Positions 53,791-64,000 of a DNA stretch of 64,000 bases are shown one piece after another. The number at the start of each line of letters is the position of its first letter. Positions within the stretch are counted from its first letter, which is position 1. The position numbers were made by a program, and so were the translations under genes. The notes beneath the pieces were generated by a model. The model was not told the origin of the DNA and searched no databases. It saw only the letters and a list, made by a program, of their open reading frames with translations. Source of the DNA: the human T2T-CHM13v2.0 reference genome, Homo sapiens; NCBI RefSeq assembly GCF_009914755.1, contig NC_060935.1; one strand, written 5' to 3'.

Positions 53791-55429
53791 TAGCATACTG
53801 TGTTGGCTCAGCCCTGGGCCAGCTTCTGGGAAGGAGCAATCCAGCAATCCATGGGAATCCCAGCTCTCCCCTTCTAGACAAGTTCCTGGTTACTTTCTGG
53901 ATCTCAATGTACTCATCTGTAAAGTGGAGAATGCAATACTTAAGACATAGTAAAAATTCAAAAAGTCATAAAATATGATTATTCAGTTAGATGATACACC
54001 CTCAGAGGACAGGAAGTATGTTTATTTTGTTCGTAATTGTAACCTTAGTACCCCCCATAATATCTCACAGTGTTTGGCATATAAGAGAGTAGGAGTGAAA
54101 TCATAGCTTCCTTCCTATAACTTGTTTACAGCTTATTTGGAAAGAAAAAAATGAGTGTGAGCAGATGAGAGAATAACATGTGAACATGTCATCACAGAGA
54201 TGTTAATTAACTGCCAGATTGGTGACCTAGCAGTAATGTCATATTGGAATTGTCCCCACCAGGCATTAGAAAATTGGGTTCTGGCCCCAGTGCCACAACT
54301 TCCTAACTGTGCAGGTTTTTGAACTTCTCTGAACTTCTGTAGGAGAGGAATCATAATGATCTAACTTCTCTTTTCTCCTGTACTATTGTCAAGTCCAGAA
54401 AATACTGTCACGTGCTTTATGAAATGTCATGACCATCATCATTTTTGGCAAGGAGAGCAGGGAAATGAGGCTGAACTCAATGGAGGAAATGGCTGAAGGT
54501 CCCAACCATGAACGAGGAGCCACATTTTGCTATAGATTAGAATGTATTCCAGAAGGAAAACTAAAATCAAGGATCTATGTCAAGTTCAACTCCTGTTTGC
54601 AGAGGCCTACAGCATCCTGGGGATTCTCTCACTTTCACTTGCCAGTAGCAATATTAGGCACTCACTAAATATTTTTAAAGTCAAGTTCATTTGCCCTAAT
54701 TGGAACAATAGAATTGAATTGTATTGAATGCAATGGCTTCAAAAAGCCCTATTAAAATCCACCTGCCACCCAGTCACATAAAATCACCAAATAACTTTCT
54801 TCACTAAGTTCCATGGTCTGTGCTTCTGCTGTATCTTTTCTCTAACTGAGGCAGAGTGCATGAGGAAGGCATGGCTTCTGGAAGGGAATGGTAGGAGGGC
54901 ACATGCATGGATATTAGGAAGAATTTTTCTCCCCCAGGAGCAAGAACCTAGAATTTCTAGGGAAACAGAAAGGAGGCCCCACAGCCCTCAAATTTACTGG
55001 CACGTGCTTCCCTAAATCACCTTAACAAGTGAAGCTCTTTTAACCTCAGCATTCATCTCTTAATTCACCAGACATTTTCGGTCCTTGCTGTGTGCCTGGC
55101 ACCATTCTAGTCTATGGGTCTTAAGGCTTTTCAGATTTTCTATTTCTGTTACTTTGGCCAAGTCCCTTAAACTTTCCTATCCTCAGTTTATATATCTATA
55201 AAAAAATAGACATCATTTGTTATGCCTCCCAGAGTTTGTAGGAGGAACAAATAAGATGAAAATACTTCACAGGCTATCTGACATTTAGCAATTACTTTAA
55301 AAGAAATGGTCATTAAAGAACTAAAGATGTTTTTAAAAAAGAAATAAAGGTCGCTGGATCTAATAATGTGATGTCATGGAAAGAACTAGTTATAGTTGGA
55401 AGTTGGAAGTTGAAAGTAATGCATGCACG

Positions 55430-55935
55430 TGTAATAAAAGGACCTGATCATGCTAGTCCCCTGCCTGAAAACCATCCACTGCCCACCATCCACTCTCAAG
55501 GAGCCCCAAGTCCTGAGAGCCTAGCCACCTCTCCAGACCCATCCCTCACAGCCCTGCCCCCTGCCCCCAACATATACCCTGCTCTTCTGCCACACGTGGA
55601 TTTGATTGGCTAGTTCTTGAAGAGAACATATTCTCTCAGGCTGCCCTGCCTTTGCACAGGCTATTCCCTCTGCTTGGAGAAGCCCCAGTAATTTGGCAAG
55701 AGCTCGCTCGATGTCAGCCCCTCTGGGAGACCTCCCAGTTTTGTCTTTTTATCAGGACTGAGTTTTGTTCTCTCCTCTGATCCCTGCAGCACTTGGGCAA
55801 ACAGCTGATAGGAGTTCATTTTGTGAAGCTGTCACGAGTTTTCCAGTAGACCATGAGCTTGCTGATGGCAGGAGCCTGCCTGTCCTTGATCCTTGTTTCT
55901 GTGGGGTCTATCCCAGTGCCTGGCACAGTGGCTTT
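55430..55935 (+). mobile_element. L2
   Basis: GCCTTTGCACAGGCTATTCCCTCTGCTTGGA..TCCCAGTGCCTGGCACAG. Confidence 0.85.
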
Positions 55936-56061
55936 GGAGATGGAAGGAATAGAGGGAGGTAAGTGGATGGGCAGGAGTTCAAGTGCTCTATTCTTAGAGG
56001 GGGCGTGGGGGTGGGTCTAGGATTGGTCACTATGAATAACCTGGAGAAATTCTGAAAATGA

Positions 56062-56487
<426 letters not shown>

Positions 56488-56519
56488 TGATTCTGATACA
56501 CAGCCAGATTGGGGGATGA

Positions 56520-56703
56520 CTTGCTACTCAATGGATAACTCACAGACCAGAAGCATCAGCAAACAACATGGGTGGGCAAGTTGGAAATGCAGAATCTCAG
56601 ATCCCATCCCCGACCTACTCTCTGTGAATCTGCATTTTAACAAAATCTCTGGGCTGATTCATGTGCAAAAAATTCATATTCAAAGTTGAGAACCATTGCT
56701 GTA
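56520..56703. mobile_element. MER5A MITE
   Basis: GAAATGCAGAATCTCAG..AATCTGCATTTTAACAA..GTTGAGAACCATTG. Confidence 0.85.
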
Positions 56704-58379
56704 ATGATTTCTCTGAGAGAAAAACTATTTCCAGCTGTAAAATCACAGAGGCCTTCTTGGAGGAGGTGATCTCTGAACTGAGACTTAAAGTAGAGGCAGT
56801 ATTTGGGTATGTGTATTCCAGCAGAAGCAGCAAGCAGCATCAGTAGAATCCTGGAGATGGGGAGTATGATGAGGGGTTAAGTAGACCAGGGTCTTCGGGC
56901 TGGAATCAGAGAAGACAACCACAGGCAAGTTGACTCAGGTAGGAGGGAGAGAGGGAGGGAAGCTGGGGAAGAGCCCACGTGCTGGGTTAAGGCCTTTGGA
57001 TTCTAATTAGGTAGGAATGTGGAGCCTTGGAGTTTGGGTCCAGAAGATATGAGAGATCCAGCTGCAAAAGCAAAACATCCCCTGGGAGAGGGAAGCCAGT
57101 CATAGTGTTTATTCATGCTCAGGTACAGATTATTTATGCCCAAGCCTTGCCTGGAAGAAGTCAAAGAAGGGAAGGGGCAGGAAGCCAGAAGCGAGACTGA
57201 GAATTCATGAGGGAGGTACTCATATTTTTTCCCACTCTGCAGGGTTGGTGAGAGTCTCAACAGCACTCCCATCCTTGGCACTGTGCAATCAGGATATTTG
57301 CTGACTGTGGCTTACAGAGGGGAAGGAGCTGGGTGTGGTCCAGGTTGAGTCCTGTGAATTCTGATCACTCCTGCTCCCTGCAGGCTCTACTTCTGCACCT
57401 TCCTGTGTTCAATTCATTCCTGCAGCCCCAACAAAACCTACCTACAGGATTGTTAGAAGGACTAAAGGGCATAATACAGCAAAGTACCAGAAATATATTG
57501 GGACCTGAAAAAATGCATGTAATCCTTTGAAGCTTGAGTCAGAACTCATAGTTCATCCGCTTCTCTATGCTATCATGAGGTTCAATTTCTAACAGATGAA
57601 TGCTTAATCATAAAATGCCCCACATACCAGCTAATACGAAATTCATCATTTGGCCTTAGAGTGGGTTTTGTCAAGGCTTGATGTCATATACACACTTTAA
57701 TAACACACATCAATAGTAATTTAATGAACATTTACTACATGTTGATCACTGTGCTAAGCATCTCATTTATTCCCATCATAAGATGACGAAAGGGAAGCTT
57801 GGAGATGTTGAGTGTCTTGCTCAAAGTCCCATTGCTATTAAGAGGCAGAGTAGGAGATAGAAGTCAGCACTAGGGTGAGATCAAAGCAAGTATACACCTG
57901 CGAAGCCTCGTATGGGTGCCACAGGTGAAACAGGTTTCATCTGGGAATGTACATTTGGCTTCTTCTATCCCCTTTTCAAATGCTAGGAAAAGTCAACATC
58001 ACATTTCATATAGATGGAATTGTAGACTCAGAGTCAGAGACAGAGAAAACATAAGGATGATCTAGTTCAATGCTGCTCCCTTACAGATGCAGAAATGGAG
58101 GCGCAGAGAGGTTGCTTGACTTTCCCATGGTAAAACAGGATGAGAGTGTCTTACCTCTTATAGCTTATACATTAAGATAAAAACAAACATATAAAAACAC
58201 AAGATTATCTTGTTTTGTTCTATCCTCATTTCTTCACATCCTGTGCCAGACATCAGCTCCCTCCTTCTCTTTCCTTTTTCTTTACTCATTTATGTATTGG
58301 TTCAACAAATGTTTATTGATGCACTATTGTGAAGTTACATTCAGGGAAGAGACAGGAATTTAGGAAGAATAAGTAATAT

Positions 58380-58551
58380 AGAGCAAGAGAGAAAAAAGAA
58401 AAGTAAAGAGAAGAACAAAAAAAGTAACAGAGAAAGAAGTAGAGAGAGAAATAAATACAGAAAGAGAAGGAAGAAAGGAAGGAAGGAGGGAAGGAAGGAA
58501 GGAGAGGGAGGGAGGGAGGGAGGGATGGAGAGGGAAGGAAGGAAGGAAGGA
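58380..58551. repeat. Purine-rich low-complexity / (GGAA)n(GGGA)n tract
   Basis: A/G-rich run ending in GGAA and GGGA repeats. Confidence 0.92.
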
Positions 58552-58559
58552 CAACATCA

Positions 58560-58780
58560 ACTGGCCACTTTCTATTGGATAGACACTTTTCCAAGCATTT
58601 TACATGTATTAACTCATTTAATTCACCCAGAAACCCTATATGGTAGTCACTATTCTTATCTCCAATTTAGGATGAGGAGCCTGTAGCACAGAGACCTGAA
58701 ATAAATCACCCAAGGTTGGAGGGCTGGAAGGTAGCAAGGCCAATATGCAAACCTGGCAGATCTGGCTCTAGAGGACTTAG
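58560..58780 (-). mobile_element. MIR
   Basis: TTTACATGTATTAACTCATTTAAT..GATGAGGA..CCCAAGGT. Confidence 0.88.
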
Positions 58781-59463
58781 TTGGGATCTATGCATGTAAT
58801 CGTGTTGTAATGTCCTCCATTTGCCCTGATGGCCACTGGAAGTGGATTAGATACTTACAGTAAGAGCAGTATTGCTCCTGAGAGTCTTTATCATCTTTTC
58901 TCAGTGGAGAACCCTCATCACGATTTGTCATGGACCATCAGTGCCTAAGATGCGAAGGGAGAAATGTATTGCACATAAAACCATCAAGCAGAGGATCCTG
59001 TAAGGGAAAAGGATCATGGAATTTAGAGCCATGGGACCCAGGGTTTAGCTGTGTCCCTGCCACTCCCTAGCTATGCCATGGGATGAGTCAATCCATCTCT
59101 TCAACTGTCTGGCTCCTCATGTGGAAAATGGGAATTATAGTTGATCTGACCCTATCTACTTCAGAAAATCAAATTAAGGTGAAAGAAGTTTACAATATCA
59201 AAGGTCAAAACCAGTGTGAAATCAAACACAACCACCAGTCTTTCTCTCCTTAATTTTGTGTAGATGTTTATTAAAATAGAAAGAAAGAAGCTCTGTGGGG
59301 TTGGGCGGTGCTGAATTTAGAATGAGGATGATGGAGAAAACCCAAAAAGGAAGGCTTAGGTGATGAGCTTCCAGTGGGTAAGGGGAAGAAGGTGGATTAT
59401 TTAGGAAGAAGCAGAAAGGGCCCTGTGGATAGTTAATTGTCTTTGGATAAATGGATGGTTATA

Positions 59464-59705
59464 GTCATTCATTCATTCATTCAATTAGTATTTATTGAGT
59501 GCCTCCTATGTACCAATGACAGTGCTAGATACTGGGGTACAGTGGTTTAGAGAAGAGACACAGTTCTGGTCCTCATGGAGCTTGCAGTCTGCAGAAAGTC
59601 AGACACTGAACAAAGATGCACAGAATTTAAATGCATAATAATAAACTGTGACACATGCTATGAGACCAAGGAAAATAAGAATTTTCTATAAGAGAGAAAA
59701 ACAGT
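59464..59705 (-). mobile_element. L2 3' end
   Basis: CATTCATTCATTCATTCAA..TATTTATTGAGTGCCTCCTATG..CCTCATGGAGCTT. Confidence 0.92.
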
Positions 59706-60316
59706 ATTGGGTAGGTGAGGACACACTGAAGGACTCAATGCCCTAATTAGTCAATGCCATAATTATGGGAATAATTCCCATTCTTCCTCCCCACCACTCA
59801 CCAACTGCTATTTGAAAGGTCATAGGTCTCTGCTCCATACAGGCATGTACTATTTTAATTCAATAAGCAATCTTTTGAGTGCCCAATAAAAATATGTGGG
59901 TATATCCCCAGGCATCAGGTGTCAACCTGCCTTCATAGTCAGCCCTGGCTGCAGCCCCCTTTGATGGGATCCCTGCATATCATTTTTATTCCTATTTTAC
60001 AGATTTAAAAAATGTTCACAATAGTTCAATGATTCATCCAAGACAACACAGCTAGAAAGTCCAGACCAGGGTTTAGGACTTTTGATAGCAAATCAAGGGC
60101 TTTTTCTGTTCACACAGAATAAAATCCTAACCCCACCAGGTCCAGGATGTCATGTCTTTGCCTCATCTCTTGCTACCTTCCCTCTTCTTTACCCTGCTTC
60201 ATCCACACAGGCCTTCCTAGGATGCAAAAAGATTTTCCCTGCTTCAGAGGCTACGCATCAGCTCTTTTTTCCTATGTCTGGAATGCTCTTCCTTGATTTT
60301 TTACTTGGCTACCATC

Positions 60317-60835
<519 letters not shown>

Positions 60836-60879
60836 CATCCTTTTCATATAAGATGCAGTCCATCTTTTGCCTATACCCC

Positions 60880-61205
60880 TTCCTCCTTTTCTTCTAAGTT
60901 TCAGCTTAATTATCGCCTCTTCAGAGGCCTTTAGAAGCAATGCCTTCCCTGACCATCCAAAAGCTCTCTTCCATGCTCCTCCTCCTTCATTCTCTTTCAA
61001 AGAGTCTGGCTGTTCTCTTTCTTGCACTTACTACAAGATGTGCCCATTTTATCGACTTACTTGTTTGCTCTATTTCTGTCTTCTCCAAACAATATAACCT
61101 CCATAAGGGAAGGGTCGTTGTCTTTATTAATGCTTGTAACCCCAGGGCACAGTGCTTGGCACATAGTAGAATAAATATTTATTAAATGCATGAATGAATG
61201 CATGG
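60880..61205 (+). mobile_element. L2 3' end (continues the fragment at about 60120-60312)
   Basis: CCTTCCCTGACCA..CACAGTGCTTGGCACATAGTAG..ATAAATATT..TGAATGAATG. Confidence 0.88.
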
Positions 61206-61339
61206 ATAAGTGGTACTGCATCCTTCTGTGTGCAAGTAGCTGAGGATTCATGGCTGAATCAGAGATGATTTCTATGCTTATGGAGTTCACAATCAAATGG
61301 AAGTCTTGTGACAGGCACACAGATAACACCGACACAGAT

Positions 61340-61595
61340 AATCCCTAATGCTTGGATAATGCACTACTATGCACGTATAAGCCATTTACTGTGTGCCAGG
61401 CCTTGTTCTAATTCCTTTGTATATATATATTCACTCATTTTATCCTCATGGCAACCGTATATGGAAGTTACTACTGATATTGCTGGTTTAAAGATGAGGA
61501 AAACTAGGAGTTTTCCTAGTCAGGCTGAGTCACTTACCGCAGATAAGCTAGCTTGTGAGTGGAGAAGTCAAGATTTGGGACCATGCTATTTTGCA
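61340..61595 (-). mobile_element. MIR
   Basis: CATTTACTGTGTGCCAGGC..CTCATTTTATCCTCA..AGATGAGGAAAACT. Confidence 0.88.
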
Positions 61596-61964
61596 GGGCT
61601 GCCTGATCCATGCCCCAAGAGAGGGTCACATAAGGGATCCAGAGAATACGGAGAAAGCTGAAGGCAGGCCCAGCTCAGACTCAGGTCAGACTTGCAGGGC
61701 AGGCGAAGTTCTAACTCTGGAAACTGGAAACAGGGACAATTGTCTCTGGAAGCCCTACATCAGGTCCAGTTCAAGCAGCCAGAGACAGCCCTCCAAACCC
61801 AGGGGCAGGATTTTCAGGCCTCTAAAGGAGACTATAGCCGGATGGGGAGGGAGTGGCTTGCCCTCGTGCCCCTGTGTCCCCAGGGGTCCAGTTACCCCAG
61901 TGACAGTGCAAGCCAGAGCATCAGGGCTTCAGGTGGCCAGCTGAGTTGTTCCCACAAGGCTGCA

Positions 61965-62435
61965 ACACGTATCCGGAACACATTGGGAACTGGGGCTCCA
62001 GGCCGAGAGGCCTGAGCGCCGCCTGGGGATCTGGTCCATCTGGGTGGCAGCTTCCCAGAGGCCTGCCGCGCTCGGCCTGCAGTTCTCCGCTGCGGACGGT
62101 AGGTGGCAGCGGGTCGTGAGAAATGGCCCTCGCCTGGCCCTGGCTGCGGAGACCCAGCCTGGAGAAAAACGTGGCTGGGCTTCGGCCGCCGAGCGAGGGA
62201 GAACCGCGCCCCCGGGGTGGGGCTTGGGGGCCGCCCTGGGACTCGGTGGCTTCTGCCCGAGCGGAGGTCAGCGAGGACCCGGGAGGCAGCGCCTGGATGG
62301 AGCTGGACGGGGAGGGCTCTGCTGGGGCTCCTGGTCCCCATGCGGCTGTGCTGTCATGGGGAGCCCTGGGGACCCTGGCACCCTCGTGAGGGCCCAGCCC
62401 GCCGACTCCTTAGCCAGAACTTGTGCCCAGCGTGG
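61965..62435. promoter_or_regulatory. Small CpG island
   Basis: About 29 CpG counted by hand in 62001-62310, with GC around 70%. The rest of the window is strongly CpG-depleted. Confidence 0.8.
62078..62110 (+). promoter_or_regulatory. Candidate extended CTCF site
   Basis: TGCAGTTCT-N6-CGG-ACGGTAGGTGGCAGC: upstream module plus core, with 2 mismatches to CCAGTAGGTGGCAGC. Confidence 0.6.
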
Positions 62436-62939
62436 GAATTTTCTTCCTGAGCAAACAACTTTTTTTTTTTTTTTTTTAACTGAGGAAGAAACTGCCCTTC
62501 AGAGAGGTTAAGGGACTGGCTGTGGCCACATGGCTCTTGCGTGGCTGTGCAGTTATTAAAACCTGGTCCTGTCTGACGAGAATCGTGCTTTTTTCCACTG
62601 TGCCAATACCCAGTGGGGGATTCCCTGGTGTGAGCGCCTGGGGATAACGGGGGTGTCTTCTAGTCTGCATTTACAGTGAGGAACTCGGCTACGCCAGGGT
62701 GTGGCCATGGGCCCCCGCTCCCAGGCACTGTGCAGTGAGGGGGTGGCTGAGACGACCGCTGGATGGCCTTGGAGAGCCCTAATTCCCTCCCAAGCCCTAA
62801 CTCTCCAGGCCCCCTGCCCTGGCAGCCTCTGAGCATTAAATCTGACCAGACCTGCCCCTGCAGGGTCTGAACTCCGGACGCCCCCCACCTCTGTCTACCT
62901 ACTCTTATTGTACTGGATTTCAACCCGTCTCCCCACCTC

Positions 62940-63125
62940 TGACATTTGAAAGCACTTTTACTCTCGGGAATTCGTTAGCTCTTTACAACCACCCCGTAAG
63001 GCAAAAAAAAAAGAAGGGATGTTTACATTTACAGAAGAGGAAACCGAGGCCTCAGAGAAGTGATTTGCCAAAGGGTACCAAGCAAGTTCGCGGCTGAGCC
63101 GGGTCTTGAACCTTAGGTCTTCATA
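62940..63125 (-). mobile_element. MIR with retained CpGs
   Basis: CATTTACAGAAGAGGAAACCGAGGCCTCAGAGAAGTGATTTGCC..GAGCCGGGTCTTGAACC. Confidence 0.85.
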
Positions 63126-63244
63126 GCTGCCTCCTGCGACAAGGCGGGAGCAGCGCTGGTGCAGAGCTCTGGAGCGGCCGGCAAGCCGAGCAGCGGAGGC
63201 CCTTCCATGCCTCTTCCTCTCCCGGAGGCAGACGGGGAGCGGCC

Positions 63245-63560
63245 GACAAATTAATTCACGCTATCTTTACATTATGTATAATGCGGCATGATTTTATTTT
63301 GCTTCATTCCCGAAATCTTTTACAGTAATTAGTAGCGGAGTAAAATATAAAAATTAATGCAATATAACACTTTAATGGTAATAATACACTATCCTGTCTA
63401 ATTAATAAAATCTGTTGTTTCCAAGCACGATTATTTATTTGACAAATTGATAGCACACATCCTGTTCATACCCTCTTTCCTAGCTCCCATCCTTTCAGTT
63501 TATCGAATAAAACTGTAGCAGGAAAATAAACAGATTGTCTTCTGACCTGACAAGCAAGTG
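63245..63560. promoter_or_regulatory. Candidate conserved non-coding element / homeodomain-motif enhancer
   Basis: Non-repetitive AT-rich block with many TAAT/ATTA cores and retained CpGs, with an abrupt boundary to the GC-rich flank. Confidence 0.6.
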
Positions 63561-63837
63561 AGAAATAAACCTCTCACTCATACATCCCTAATTGTTCTCA
63601 GCAATATCCTCTAACACATGTCCAGATTGCTTAAAAATGAATCTTGATTCCTCCCCCCCGCTTTTTTTTTTTTTTTTAAAATTGCGTCTCCTTATTTTAG
63701 AGAAAAGAGACCTTTCCTCCCTTTCCTCTGGGTAGTGTTTATATCGGGGCAGTTGGAGGGATATAAATTTTGTGACTGTGTTCAGAAATTCTGATGGCCT
63801 TGCTAACAGAGTGAGGCGATTGTTCAGGCCATGCCAA

Positions 63838-63877
63838 AGAGAGAGAGAGAGAGAAAGAAAGAGAAAGAGAAAGAGAG
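63838..63877. repeat. (GA)n/(GAAAGA)n microsatellite
   Basis: Seen directly in the sequence. Confidence 0.92.
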
Positions 63878-64000
63878 GAGGTCCGGGCTGCTCTGAGCCG
63901 CTGCCGAAGAACGCTGAACCCATCGCGAAGGCTGCAGGAGAGGATCAGCAAGGGAGCAGGGAGCAGTGAGGTTGCAGGATTGTCATTGGGAGTTGGCAAA

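Noticed and set aside
61892-62511. Overlapping 88-155 aa ORFs on both strands
   Set aside because: They lie in the GC-rich island where stop codons are rare. The peptides are low-complexity R/G/P/A with no recognisable domain.

Overview
This is 64 kb of primate, most likely human, non-coding genomic DNA. It is not microbial. I find no protein-coding exon, RNA gene or CRISPR array that I can support. The listed ORFs are best explained as Alu-, L2-, microsatellite- or GC-rich-derived, or as chance ORFs. The window is dominated by old interspersed repeats: about 50 MIR fragments by eye count, many L2 pieces, MLT1/MLT2/LTR16/MER57-type LTRs, hAT and Tigger DNA transposons, 7 Alus and very little L1. 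Several insertions are cleanly nested and keep their target-site duplications (TSDs). Between the repeats are repeat-free, motif-dense blocks that look like conserved developmental enhancers (about 13.2-13.6, 15.0-15.3, 19.4-19.6, 26.2-26.7, 34.4-34.7, 52.3-53.2 and 63.2-63.6 kb). The right end has a small CpG island with an extended CTCF-like site next to the strongest homeodomain-motif block. The most plausible 'system' is therefore a cis-regulatory landscape, such as a gene desert or large intron near a developmental regulator. That is inference, and I cannot name the locus. Repeat family names come from recalled consensus sequences, and boundaries without a TSD are approximate (tens of bp).
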